DNA of 64,000 nt from the human T2T-CHM13v2.0 reference genome, Homo sapiens, in the NCBI RefSeq assembly GCF_009914755.1, contig NC_060929.1; one strand, given 5' to 3'. The translations under genes and the position numbers were made by a program. Below the pieces are notes generated by a model. It was not told the origin of the DNA. It worked only from the letters and a program-made list of their open reading frames with translations, and did not search any database. Below are positions 41,765 through 56,300 of the stretch, piece after piece. How positions within the stretch are numbered: the first letter of the stretch is position 1; each line of letters starts with the position of its first letter.

Positions 41765-42280
41765 GCATGTGTGTGTAATTTTATTTTATTTTCTAGCTGG
41801 AAAGAGGCTGTTTCTCTTGGGGCTAGTCAATTCTTAGAGATGGCAAAGGGCTCAGCCTTTCATATGAAAATGAGCCAATCCAGCCTTTCATAAGAAAACT
41901 ACCCAGTCTTGCCTGTGCACCCAAGGAGGCAATATTCCTCTGCCTTAATTAACCCAGGGCCAGGTATCAGGCAACTAGGGGCCACCCCTCTATCTTAGAG
42001 GCTGCCCCAAATAATTCAAACTAGCCAATCCTAAACTGTCTACCCTGCCCTGCCTTTCTCACGAAAACCCCATTTATTGGGGGCACTGGCCAAATCTTCC
42101 CCCAGTTCCTATCTTCTGCTTCCTACCACCCTGGTGTTTTTCCATGTGCCCCTGCATGGCACGACCATGCCTCCTGTCACGAGGACCTGTGAGCATAAAC
42201 TTTGTTTTGCTGAGCTTCTCCTCTGTCTCCTTTTGTGGCCACAGCTAACTAAGCATCTCATAAAAAAGTGCAAAATATCA
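41765..42280 (+). mobile_element. MER54A-like ERVL LTR
   Basis: 'gggctagtcaattcttagagatggcaaagggctcagcc', 'ccagggccaggtatcaggcaactaggg', 'ataaactttgttttgctgagc...tgtggccaca'. Confidence 0.8.
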
Positions 42281-43139
42281 GGTCACCCTGCCTTGCTCCT
42301 GTTCCTGCCCAAGAACCACCCAGCACATGAGGGGTTAGCAACACAGGCTGGGCATTAAAATCACCTGATTTTTGCACTTTTCTATGCACATTTCTATAAA
42401 ACTATGGATGTCTAGATATCACTCCAGGCCATCTGAAGCTGCACTTCTGAGGATGCCTCGCAGGGCTCAGCTGTTCCTAGGAACTACTCAGGTGATTGTG
42501 ATGAATGGCGAGGGCTAAGAACCTCTGCCCAACCAAAACAGGATGTCAGTGTACAGCCCCAGGCCCCACACTCCAAGGGCAGGCCATGTGCAAGATGAAT
42601 TGCTGCAGAATCCTTCAAGGCATACCAAAAATTCCCATAAGGAGTGACCCCAATTCACCGTTAAAGGGGAAAATGTCCTTCCTCAGCTCATCTAGAAATA
42701 AAATCTACAGGACTCATTTCTACTTGGGGTCACTGAAGGCCTGATCCTACACTCCAGCCAACATCACACCCTGAGTGCACATCTTATCTGGCTGAACACT
42801 GCTTCCAGCCTGTCCTCATGAGTACACCCACATAACTCCAGTTCACTGCAGATTAAGTCAGAGAGAACCTTGCTATGGTTGGAGCTCTGCAGGAGAGCTC
42901 AGGGACTACCAGCAGAGTTCTCTCTAAGCAGCAGGACCAGTCCATGTCAGATGACCATGACCCAGGGAGCAGGCAGACCCCTGAGCATCATCAGCAAAAG
43001 ATGAGGGAGGCAGACAATGTAGAAGGTATTCAATGGCTGGACTAAAAGCAGCACATACAGGAGGATCATCCCAGTGTAATCAGGGCTGCAAAGAATTAGG
43101 GCAGAGATTGAATGTTGAAGCCGGTGCAGGGGGGAAAGA

Positions 43140-43355
43140 CACTGACCAGAGCACTGGGCTCTGGGGGTAAAATGCCTGGATTAAACCCTGGCTCTGACCC
43201 ATAATTTGTGGCAAGCAAGAAAACAAAAACTCTGTAAGCCTCAGTTTTCTTATCTATCAACTGGGAATAATTGCTTTACTCATAGGGTTATTATGAGGAA
43301 CAGATGAGATAGTGAGGTTGAGTGCCAGCACAGTAGCCAGTACTCAATCAAATAT
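43140..43355 (+). mobile_element. MIR
   Basis: 'ctctgtaagcctcagttttcttatctatcaactgggaataat...catagggttattatgagg'. Confidence 0.8.
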
Positions 43356-44373
43356 AACTGTAAAACAAAGGGGCAGTTCCTAAGGCCCAAAATGGAGTTT
43401 TAGTCAAAAGGAAATAAGGCAAAAGGCCAGTTACAAGATGGAGCAGGCCCTGCAGTGGAGTTGAAAACCCAGGTCACCATGATGACTGTGGACTATAACT
43501 TTGGGTTCCAGTTTCTTTGCAAAAACAAGATTGTCCCCCAAGTCCTAGACAAATTGGGCAGCCGTGGCCTTAGCTACAAAGGTTAGAAAGAGCCAAGCAA
43601 CCATTACCCTGACTGTCTTGGCACAGGTTCAAAGCTGATGATCACTCACCGGGACTTTGAAAGGCCACTTTCCTTTCAATCCACAGGTCCTTCCCAGTAT
43701 GGTCCTTCAAGAATTATTTCTTTTTTTGTTTTTTCAACTAACCCCTGGTATTTTCCATGTCCAGTGCCACGCTTCTATCCTCATTCTGGGCAGGGGCCTC
43801 CCTCCTGTCTAGCTCTCCAGCCATTTAAGTTTCTCCATCCGGCACTGCCCCGGTTTTGCTCTGTTTCCCCATCAGCCTTCATTCTAGACCCTTCACACAG
43901 GCAGCTCCCCAGCCCACAGAGTCCAAAAGCAGGCTTTCTTCTCTACCCTTTCTCCCCACTCTCACCCAGTCCCATCCTCTGCCCTACCCACCCATCCCCG
44001 ACAAGCTAGGATTTCATTATCCTCCAACTGAACCATATAAAGCCTCCATTTAGGAATTCTCATACATATTTTCATGTTAGCAACACCCACCATCTTCCCT
44101 GGAAAGTTCCCATTAGCTTTCCCTTAAGCACTCAAAATACAGTGAGACTTCACATTAACATTTTAACACAGAAACCTCTGTCCTGGCTTTTCGGTTCACT
44201 GTCATTCAGGGGGAGGGAAGCATTTTACCATACTCTGAGAATCAATTCCTGAGGTGGAAAAATGGGGACATTTTTCTAAACATGTTTGTTTCTGATCTTC
44301 CTTGCTGTCCTCCCCCAGCCTCCCATGAAGCTGATATCCCCATCGGATTGGACCTGCACTCTTGGTGAAATGT

Positions 44374-44397
44374 TGCTGCTGCTGCTGCTGCTGCTGC
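44374..44397. repeat. (CTG/CAG)8 trinucleotide repeat
   Basis: Eight uninterrupted TGC units. Confidence 0.95.
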
Positions 44398-45439
44398 TCA
44401 TGAGAGCAGAGAGATTTTTGTGATCTGTTTCTGGCACAGACCAATAGATCTGTTGTTTTCCATGGCCAAAGCTTGAACTTCTAATCTTGTCCAGCCATTT
44501 CATAAACTTGGTTATGAGACCTGTCCTACAGGGGACCAAGCAAGAGAACCATTCGAGAGCATCAGTGTGGCTAAAGATCAGCAGGCCCAAGTGGTAGAAG
44601 GTGGCCAAGAGGGTACTGACCCATCAGGCAGCATGTCCTACCTACTACCTGTGCTACAGAATCTTGTCTTCTGCTTATTCTCTGCACTCACACAAAGGAA
44701 CTCAGTGAAAAAAGCAAATAATGATATGTGATCAGTTGCATTCCTGGGTTAGCCAGTATAGGAAGAACATTGCCTTTTTATAGAGATACCAATTCATAGA
44801 CCATTTTTAAAGCTGAAAGAGAACACAGGGATAACCTCTCCAACTGCCTTTTTTTTTTTTTTTAACAGATGAAGAAATTGAGGTTTTAAGAGATAAATGG
44901 ACCGACCAAGGATCACAAGAGCTGAACAGGAACTGATCTCCCTCTTTCTGTACTTTTTCCGTTGCACTACACTATTTACAAATATTATTTACAAAATGCA
45001 TTTTTAAAATATAAGCGTATGATCAGAGACAGAAAGAGGATGTATTGGTAGAATTTTTTCCTTGAAAATTATTTGTAATGCCATAATGTTTTTACAGGCA
45101 ATATGCATAGCTGAATTGTTCCTGGAGAGTGATAAAGTACTCAGGATCAAAGAAGTTATTTGGTTGCCAGGAAGAAAAAAGGAAGAAAGTAAAGTTGGAT
45201 AGAGAAAACCAAGATGGGAGGTTTAAATATGTATTGGGGTGAATATCAGATCAAGGAGGGAAGAATAGGGATGAAAAAGGAAACACATAGAAGAAGGATA
45301 TTAAAGATCAGGAGAGACAAAAACACTTCCAAGAAACCTAAAAAAGTAGTTTCAATGGTAAAGTGTGAGAATCCTTAATGTTAGCAATTTAAAAACCTGT
45401 GAGTCCTAGAAAAGGACAATGGGGGAATGATCTCTACTA

Positions 45440-45610
45440 AGCAGGTGATTTACCTATTTTCTCACTCCATCCTCACAAAACCCCATTAGAGGTTATTATT
45501 ATACCTATTTTACAGGCAAGAAACTATGTCTCAGAGAAGTTAGCTTGCCTAGGTTCACAAAATGAAAATGTAGTAAAGCCAAGATTCTAATTCAAGATTG
45601 TCACCAAAAT
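45440..45610 (-). mobile_element. MIR
   Basis: 'catcctcacaaaaccccatt...attatacctattttacagg...ctcagagaagttagcttgcctagg'. Confidence 0.7.
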
Positions 45611-47700
45611 CCATCCACCAATCTAGAAGTCATGGCTTTCTTTACATCAGTAGATAGTAACACAAGTAATAGTGCAGAGATTAAATCTTTTCTTAGAGTA
45701 ACATTTAAAAAGTAACATTAGCATGTCATATTTGTGCCTCTAACATCACAGCCTGGAAATGCTATGTTCTACTAACCTTTACTTTGGGTCAGAAGAAGTT
45801 ACTGCCAGGCATTACAGGAACTTGGACTTGGGTTTTGGAACAATCAAAGAGTAACTGATGTGGGAAGTCCTTTAATTCTTCCAGTGATAAAAAGATGATT
45901 GTACCAAGGGCTCATGTCCCCATTTCCAAGTGAGACAATGTGAGTCCTCACCTGGCAACTATAGTTTATTTTTTCTACCTCATTTTAATTCAGAGTAGGC
46001 TTCAGAAGTCCTAGTAAGTATTCAGTTTCATTTCCTTCATTCTTATGTATTTTTTAAAGTTTGGTCATATTTTCAGTATAACTTAGCTCCAAAAATTCTA
46101 ATAGCACCTCTATTTAAGAATATATCACAAGGTATCCATATGTTGGGGAAATGATAATTGACTAAAAGTTCAAATTCTCTTGATAATTTTCTGTTCCAAG
46201 GAAATTGAGTGTGTGTGTGAGTGTGTGTGTAAATACATATATATGGAATATATAGATACTCATTTAGGAGGTACATTTTGCTTTCTCTTAAGATTACAAC
46301 ATAGCTGGAAATTAATTTAATTTTCTTCATCTCTTGTGTGGTTTCTTCTTTTGTTCTACATATTACTTCTTAATCTCCCTACCCGCAAAGGGGTTATAAT
46401 AGCAAAGTAACTGAACTGATGCCATTTTTGAAGTCCTAACATGACAAAAGAATTTTAACAGTTATCAGAAGTTGATTTGATAGATTTTAATAGATTTAGT
46501 TGATTTCAATGGATTATGATTTCAAACGACAGCAAAAAGGGAGTGAGGAGATTGGAAAGGACGAGAACATCAAATTAACAGAATGGAGTTTCCTCAACTG
46601 AGATAACTTTTGTTAAAACTTTTTTTAACCCAAAGCTGAATTTACTTTCTATTCATTTCCACACTGAATTATAAACAACACGTTTTGAGGTGTTGTATTT
46701 AGATGTTTTTAATTTGGCCAGTCTAATACACAACCTAAAAAGTTTCCATTAGGGTGCGACAACGCCTAAAAACAAAACCAAACAAAACCTTTTCCTGTTC
46801 TGCTTAAGGTGGGTGGATCAAAGAATGTTTAGGCAGATAAGAGGGTTTCAGAGGTCGTACAGTCCCAGTTACCCAGAAGATTATAAAGAAGGATTTTTAA
46901 AATCATGGCTGTCAAGGGTTTCTTGTCCAAAAAAGCAAGAGAATTCTCCAAACAATTGTTGGTTAATGTCCAACGCAGTTTGCTACATTTCACATCTTCT
47001 CTGTCTTCAAAGGCTACAAATTTGAAACTTTACTGGGTAGGAAGGTTTTGAAACTCAAGTTCCATTTATTCTTGGCCAAGCCCAGCCGTCTGGTTCCCAA
47101 GATGGGCATGCGAGAGGGTCAAACTGTTGAAATAGTTATTTCCCCATCACCCGAGCTCCCCAGAGGATGAGTTAAAAACAACCTTTAAACAAGTATAGAT
47201 CTAAAACACAACGAAAAAGGTATTTTGGGTTGTAACAGCCAAGGTCCAAGGTGTCCTGGCTCTGCAGATTGAGCCCCACCTGTCTTTGTGAGTAACTTCT
47301 TATTTCCTCCCCAGAGTGGTGGAAAGACATGTTCATTGCCATTTGGAAGCAAGACATAAAAGAAATCACAAAGGGTAAATTAGGACTGCTGCACCACACC
47401 GGAACTTAAAGGTTGATTTAATGTTTTTTTGGCTTTGGGGAGTTTTTTTGTTTGTTTTTTTTTTGTTGTTGTTGTTTTGTTTGTTTGCTTTTATTATGGT
47501 ACTCTCTCATAAATATGAACTGAACTTGCCTTTATCAGAGTACAAATAAGAGAGACATTCTGAGATCTTCGGTTTGACTCCTGGGTGAGTCATCCTGCAC
47601 CCCCACCGCTCGCCCACCAGTCCCCAGGCTGCCATTACATTTGAAAAATAGCAAGCGAAGAATTATCAGAGGGAAAATCTAAACTATAAAGAAAAAACTA

Positions 47701-48066
<366 letters not shown>

Positions 48067-49095
48067 TCAATGGTTAATCAACACTCTGACCTCAGTTTAC
48101 ACATGCTCTGGGAAGGAAGCCCCTTTATGAGGAGTGCATTGTGGGAAAACAAGGGGAATGTTCTACATAAATCTCAGGGCAAAGTGCCTGTCCTGCAGCT
48201 GCATAACAAAACAGTTCCATACACACCATCCATCCACCCATGCCCTAAATAAGATTCCCTCTAGATAAATGTAGGGCATCTCCCACATTTTTCATCCCCT
48301 TTCTCCAGTTTTAGGGCTCATTTTCTTTTATACTCCCCACATGGTCCCCAATTCTTTTTCCCTACATCATTCTCCTTCATGTTGAAATTAAATAATGTGT
48401 ATAAAACACCCAGTGCAGGGCTTGATACTCTGTGGACTCACAATAAAACTGTTTGTTCCCTTCCCTTTTCAAGTAGTGGCTCTGATGCACCCTGCTTCCA
48501 ACCCTAAAGCTTCTCTCCCGTCCCCTTTCACCTTCTTGTCTCCCCTTCTCCTTATCCCCCCTACCTTACTGTGCTGATCCTCATCCTTCTCCTCCCTCCC
48601 CCGACCAAAACAGACCCAAGCACATCTGCTTTCTCCTCCCAGTTCAGTTCCAATGACATTAACTGAGCACCTGTGTCAGTGCTTGGCAATCTCTAGTGCC
48701 ACCTTCACAATTTTTACCTTGTGCCTTTTCTACACATGACCTGGACTGTCAGTATTTCTATTTAAATCAACTCATTTCTTAAAAAGTAAAGAAATGTATT
48801 TTTAAAGGAAAGCTTATCCCTGCTATGGACAGAAACTTGTATTACTTTCCCTAATTAAAGAGAGCAAACACATAACCATTAAAAATTATTTTACATATTT
48901 GTGAAACATCAAGCTGGAAAAAGTTTATAAAAAATATGAAATAAAACAATATATGATCCCTGCCCTCAAAGGACAGTTTCGAAGTGGGTAGGACAAGAAT
49001 AAAGTACAGCACAGAGGCAGACGCAAAAACTAGACCTGGGAAGATATCAGAGGTGTTTACGGAGAGGACATGACCTTATAAAATGGCACACTGCA

Positions 49096-49469
<374 letters not shown>

Positions 49470-49739
49470 CTACCCTCCCATCTACCATCCATCAGAACAC
49501 AATTTTCTGTAGTTCTTAGCATGTGAGCACATTCCCAAAAGTGAGAAGTATCAACAATCAAACTGACAAGTTCGTTCTTTGTAGGCGAGACATCATCCAG
49601 CTTTGCCCCAGGCAAAGTTTGGCACTCACAATGCCAGGAGACACCATTCATGCTACAATATACATACAAATCAGCTCTGCTCTAGAGGTAGATAGTGGAG
49701 AGAAGGTATAATAGATTCACAAAGCCATTAGGGATGGAG

Positions 49740-50243
49740 ATTTCTTCTGGCTTCTTGCTGCATTCTCCTAACCATGTGGCTTTCATTCTCATAGTTGCTT
49801 CATGGTTACAAGAGGGCTGCTCCACTACCAACATCACATTTATATGACAGGAAACAAGAAGAGCAGGAAGAGGGTGGTGCCTGTACAGGGAAACCAAAGC
49901 TTTCCTAGAAACCTTCCAAGTATAACGCTGGCCAGGAGAGGAGAAACTCCAGGAGAGGAGATGTGATTTTGTCGCAGTTGTCATTCTAGTTTTGTTTTTG
50001 GACACATTGCTGCTTTGAAAGAAACTGGAGACCTATTAGCAAGGATGAAGGGAACAAAAGACTTTTGGATGGAAGTCACGGCCTTTATAACCTAATCTCT
50101 GATGTGATACTCCATCACTTCTGCTGTATTCTGTTGGGCACCCTGACTCCATTACATAAGGGTGTGAATACCAAGAGTTGGGCATCTCTGGGGCTGTCTT
50201 GGAGTCCAGACACCACAGAAGGCAACTAGCAACGTCTGCCAGA
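49740..50243 (-). mobile_element. MLT1J-like LTR with an embedded MLT1F-like piece (~50070-50217)
   Basis: 'catggttacaagagggctgctcc', 'ggacacattgctgc'; inner 'ccatcacttctgctgtattctgttgg...aagggtgtgaataccaagag'. Confidence 0.65.
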
Positions 50244-50443
50244 CATCGACCCTCTAACTTTTATTTCATACACCTTTATGGAACTTTCACACAGCCACAG
50301 TGCCAAGGGCACTCGATAAATGTTTATCAAATAAAGAAGTTGGAGAATGAACATTTCAAACTATTGTGCCAGGCTGCTATCTTCTAGCAAAAAGTTGGCA
50401 GTATAACCATTTTATTAGGATTCCAGATTTTCTTTCTGCACTT

Positions 50444-50522
50444 GTAGGTTGGTGCAAAAGAAATTGTGGTTTTTGCCATAAACATAATGGTAAAAACCAC
50501 AATTACTTTTGCACCAACCTAA
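50444..50522. mobile_element. MADE1 (Hsmar1-derived 80-bp MITE)
   Basis: Near-perfect palindrome 'taggttggtgcaaaag.aattgtggtttttgccat - atggtaaaaaccacaattacttttgcaccaaccta'. Confidence 0.95.
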
Positions 50523-51465
50523 TATTTGGATATTTTGTTAGAGTGATTTTCAAACATAGCTCCAACGGGTCCCAAGTGGAGCCCCCAGAAGGTATCTCTT
50601 CACTTCTTCCTGGTTGAGTCAGAGAAATTCCTCTGACATCTATTTTTACTTACTGGGATTCCCTTAAAAAAACAATACTTTTGCAAAAAAAAAAAAAAAA
50701 TTGAAGCTTTCTTCTTGCATTTGCCTATGTTATTTTAAATGAAAACATGAGAAAATGAATAAATGAAAACTGTGGATAGTGTTAAAAAGTACAGGTTGCT
50801 AGATTTAATACAATTAAAAGAAAAATGAGAATCCTCAGAAAAGCCATAAGCAATGAGCCCTTAATCCCAATTCAGACATCAGATTAAGCTGGTTGACTTT
50901 GGATTCAATTATACAAAACATAAAAAGAAAAAAGATGAGAAAAAAACATGTAGAAATCTAGATATATACGATTGAAGATTATGTCTTAAAAGGGAGGTAA
51001 AATTAAAATTTTCTAGCTCTTGAGGAATAGGAACTGTCTCAGAACATACAAACCTATCTTTTGACCTTTCTGTCTGATTTTCCTATTAGTTTTTGGATAC
51101 AAATTACACAGAGAAGTAGGCTCTTTCCTGCCTGTGTGTGCCTAAATTTACCTTGACTGCCTCTCTGCTGTCCTCAGCAGGGGCTCTCAGGCTGGCACTG
51201 GCCTTGAAGACAGGTTTTATTTGGCTGTTTTTTTTTTTAACTTGATTTCATCTTCACATTTAAAGTTGGGAAATTCCCTCTTAAAATCTGGACTCACTGT
51301 TTCTCTTGAAAAGTCAGAAAATCTGGCAGCAAACTCAAATTTGGCAGGATTCCAGGCCTCCTTTGTGCACGTGAACTCATCTGCCTTGAGTTATAGTTAT
51401 TTTTATACTTGCTTTTCCCTCTTACTAACTTAAATAAGTTTCACTTATCTACTTATTCCCTACTA

Positions 51466-51987
<522 letters not shown>

Positions 51988-52079
51988 CCCTACAACACAG
52001 TGCAGGGCCTTGCAAATAAATTGTTGAATTGTTATAGGTATTGCAGAGATTAAGAGTGCACAAATGTCTTTGGTAAATT

Positions 52080-52430
52080 CCCATTTCACTGCTTACTCTA
52101 TCTTCGCACAAACTATTTATCTCTTTGTACATCTCTCTTTACCTGTATAATGAAGAAAATAATAGAACTCATGTATTTCAAAGGATTGTTATTAATATTC
52201 AGTGAGATAATATATATATATAAATACTGCATCTGGTATAGTTAGTGCTAAGTAAACATGGTTATTATTATTTTTAATTATCTCCTTTCCTAGTCCGTTA
52301 GTTTGAAGTCAGGGTCTACCTCTAGTTTTTCTTTGTGTAACTACCCCTTAGAAGTCCCACCAATATCTAAAGCTCTGCCTTACACAAAGCAAATACTAAA
52401 TAAATATTTCCTGAGTGAATAAATAAAGAA
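52080..52430 (+). mobile_element. Adjacent MIR and L2 3'-end fragments
   Basis: 'cctgtataatgaagaaaataatag...ggattgttattaatattcagtgagataat'; 'aaataaatatttcctgagtgaataaat'. Confidence 0.6.
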
Positions 52431-52711
52431 ACAAACTAATACACCCTCAAATTTCATGGATCGAATGCTGAATAGGACAACCAAGTTCAGTCTACATTTT
52501 TATAGAGACCTTTTAATCATAGCATAAAGCCAATTACAATGGATATTTCTGCATTAAAGTGTAAACTCAGAGATGATTAGTAAATGTAACAATTCCCCAA
52601 GCAGGTATTAACAGCTAGTCTTTATGCACTCAGTGCCAGCATTGTTCTCTGTACTCTGTGCAAATTAACCCATAGAATCTGGCCTCAGTTAGTGTTAAAC
52701 CTCAAGTTGAT

Positions 52712-53203
52712 CTATCAGTTAGAAATTGCATTTGGCTACAGAGGACCCCAAAATAGTGGCTCAAACATGCAAAGGTATTTTCTCTCACATAAAAATGCAT
52801 TTTAAGGTAGGCAGGTCAGGGCTGTGCAGTGGCGCAGCAGAGTCTCCAAGGACTAAGACCTTCTGTCTTTCTGCTCCAGCCACTGACACACATAGCCTAT
52901 CTTTGAATCCACCTCAGAGTCCAGGATGGCTGATGAGGGCATTAGCTTCCTATCAGCTTTCCAGCCAGGAGGAAAAGGAAAGGATTTGGGACAAAAGTCT
53001 CCTCCCTCCCTTTTAAGAAGCCTTCCTGGAAGTCCCACAAAATAAATCTAGTCTGCCGGAGCAGGGCCACACAGCCACACCCTATCTCAAAGGAAAAGCT
53101 ATCTTTGAACTGAGCACGTTGCTGGCCTGAGAAATCAAGCTTCTGTTGGTAAGGAGAGCAGGGAGAATGGGTGTTGGTTTAGAGAATTTGCCCCGTCTGC
53201 AAT
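52712..53203 (-). mobile_element. MLT1J-like MaLR LTR
   Basis: 'tcagttagaaattgcatttggct...aaatagtggctcaaaca', 'ggtaggcaggtcagggctg', 'ttcctggaagtcccac'. Confidence 0.75.
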
Positions 53204-53209
53204 AACTAG

Positions 53210-53212
<3 letters not shown>

Positions 53213-53258
<46 letters not shown>
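53213..53258. repeat. (AC)23 microsatellite
   Basis: Pure AC run read directly. Confidence 0.97.
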
Positions 53259-53261
<3 letters not shown>

Positions 53262-54844
53262 CTTCTTTCTTGACTTCCAATGAACAACAAATCACAGGTT
53301 TCAATATTTGCTAAGTAAGCTGCCCTGAGTATGGGTTTCACTCACACATTTTTGCTATCACAGTTTTGATAAGGCAAAACTTGAAACTTAACCATGCCTC
53401 AGCCTTAGGGAAAGCAGCTGGCTCGGCAGCAGGGCCACATGCTGTGTATATGCAGAGTGTAAATTTGGATCACACACACTGTGATGATGCTGGCAGTTGG
53501 GATAAAAATAAATACCTCCCAACACTCTCTGCATTGTGATTATTGTATTCAAACCTTGAGTGTGAGAGTGATGAAAGCAAACAGTGGGAGAATGAATACA
53601 CTATAACACCTCCTTCAAGGAAAGCTGATGGGATCTGAAATAACAGAAGACATCATTTAGTAGGAATCTCTCTCTCTCTGTCTTCGCTCTTCCCACCATC
53701 TACACTGTAGCACAGCTGCAGTTTTACTTAACTTTTGCAAGCTAAATTGTAAAGCACCTATATGCCAACCTCCAAAGAGAGCCTTCTCCATTGAAACACT
53801 CCAAGCCATCAGCTAACCTTGATCCGCAGCTCCTCCATGGTTGGAGCCTCAGAGGCAGACAAAAACTCCTTTATAAAGAAGCTCGGAAAGAACTAAACTC
53901 TGAAACGATAGGGTCTCTGTGTTCTTTGTGTAGGCAGGCAATTTCCCAGCAAGGTTTCGGGTTTTGCAGTTAGCTTTTGTAATTACAATAAAAGAGAGAT
54001 AGTAACCTTTAGAGTGAGTGGCAGCAGCACCCTAACACTAGGCTGTGTGAAAACAGATCACATTACTCCGGAGCCTCACATTGCAGCCGGCGTTATTGTG
54101 CAGAACTGGGTTCTGCTGTAGGCACCCGGGGAGCCTTTCTTCATCAAGGGAGGTCATTGCACCTGTGCAAAGAAGATTTTTTTTCCTTTAAGATTCTTTT
54201 TTTTCTTTTTTTTCCACCCCCAGTTCAACTGATATTGAAAGTCACTGCAAAGTGGATTTGTGTGAGGACATATCAGGGGATGGGCGGTAAAGGAGAAAAT
54301 CTTGTAGGGGTCAGGGGACAGTGTCCACAGGCAGAGTAAATTGTTGGGTGAACCACGCCGGGGATGAAACTGTTCTGCAATTCCTTTGGATGCTGCATGT
54401 GACTTGCTGGGGCAGACAGAAACTCAGGTGTTTGACTATCTTGATCAAGCCACCGCATCAACAGAGTTTAGAAGCTGCTGGTCACCATCACTTGTGCTTT
54501 CCTGTGATAAGAATGAATATTAGTAAATCAGGAGCTGTTTTCAGCTCTGAAGACTTTCTTTTAACTTTTTTCACGACATATGAGCCTTGCATATAATGAT
54601 AATCTATCTAACAGATATCAATTAAAAAAAACATATCCTAAAGGAAAATCATTCTTCAAGCTGAGCATCTGCTAGTGGAAGGATTTCAAGGGCATGGTTC
54701 TCATACTCATGGTAATGGCTCCCTCCGCATCAGGATAGCAGGGTCGGAACTGTGTGGAAGAGGCAATGAACGGTGGAAATTCAGTCCCAGTCAAGGCGGC
54801 TCAGTGTATCAAAGACATAGAAAATGTGAAGTGAGGAAAGCAGT

Positions 54845-54975
54845 CAGTCATTCGTTCATTCAACAAGTACTTATTGAGTGCCAGCTGTATACTACCGTTT
54901 GACCCTGTTCTAGTGTTAATCATCATTCTAGGAACTAGACAGACCAGATCCCTGCCCTTGTGAAGCTCAAGTTCA
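54845..54975 (-). mobile_element. L2 3' end
   Basis: 'tcattcgttcattcaacaagtacttattgagtgcc'. Confidence 0.75.
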
Positions 54976-55934
54976 ACCAATGTTTCTTGTGCAGGATGTA
55001 TGGGCAAATTTTCGTACTAGGCGCTGTTGGGGGACAAAAATCTGTAATTCACAGCCATCAGAAATCCCCAGGTTTCTTATGAGCTTGTGAGGGAGATACC
55101 AATGCCATGTTAGGAGCTTATACAGGACGTGGTCAGGGCTCAAAGAAGGATGTGTATGGGTAGGAAGTGCTCTGAGCCTAATACACATGAAAGAGCAAAA
55201 CAAAATTAGCAGAAGCTGGGAGGAGCTGCAGAAGGGAGCACGGTAAAGTGAGGCCCACACAGGGAGAGGGATCTGGACTGGGTTAATTTTGAATTTGGAG
55301 TTTAGGGCTCTTCGCTCCATGTCCCTTGTCACAACCTGTAAATTTCTGTTGGACCTAATCAGGCCATTCATGGAGCTTCGGAGCCCACCCATTCTGTAGC
55401 CCAAGTGGCTAGAAGTAGGGCATAAGGGTTAGCAGGACATTTTAAGCATGTGTATGTGTCCCTCCCTATCCTTCAGGCTTCTTGGGGGCTGAAAAGGGCG
55501 TACTGAAGAGGTTACAAAGCAATCAAAGAAGTATTTTGTTCAGCATGCAAATTATTTGAAAAAAATTTTTGAGCCAATATTTAAAAATCAAAAGATTTCC
55601 ATTTCGTAACGCAGCTTTCCAGCATGTTTATTAGAGATCAGACGCTATGGCAACACTGGGCCCACACTACTGCAATGTAAGAGGAGGCCAGAGCAGAAGT
55701 TTCCACTGACCCCTCCCTCCCGGATAGATGAGCCATGCACCCACACACCCAGTCCCCACTACTCCCATAGGTCTGCCCTACTCTAAAGTCAACGATCAGT
55801 TGCCATTTCTCATGAAAATTACAATGTTGGTATTTTAGCATAAAGAAATATCCTTTTCCCATGTTGCTATCAAATATGGGGACATGAAAGACCTGAGGGA
55901 TGGCATATCTTTCAAGAAGCAAAAATCATTCTTT

Positions 55935-56300
55935 CCTTCATTTTACAAATATTTATTGAGGGCCGACTATGAGTCAGGTACTGTTTTAAACACTGGGGAT
56001 ATAGCAATGAGAAAAAAAAGACAATGCTCTCCTCTACCCCCCACTTGAGGAGCTATTTCTTATTTGCGAGAGATAGACAATAAACAAATACATAATATAT
56101 CATCAGGTAGTGGTATGAAACATGAGAGGAAAAGGTAGGGGTAGGGTGAGAGAAGAGGATTAGTTAGGATGGGGTGAAAGGGGCAGATGTGTCATTGGTC
56201 AGGGAAAGCTTCTCTGACAAGTGATGTCTGAAGAGAAACCTGAGTGACTAGATAGGTGAGTGCTGAGAGGGTATATTTCCTTGTAGAAGAAAAAAATATT
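55935..56300 (-). mobile_element. L2 3' end
   Basis: 'acaaatatttattgagggccgactatgagtcaggtactgtttt...cactggggatatagcaatga'. Confidence 0.8.

Noticed and set aside
41852-41897. 29-bp-period tandem repeat (CAGCCTTTCATA.GAAAA)
   Set aside because: Small slippage duplication inside the MER54A-like LTR; only two units, not an array
44202-44608. Poly-Q and poly-S ORFs
   Set aside because: Products of the short CAG repeat; no other coding evidence
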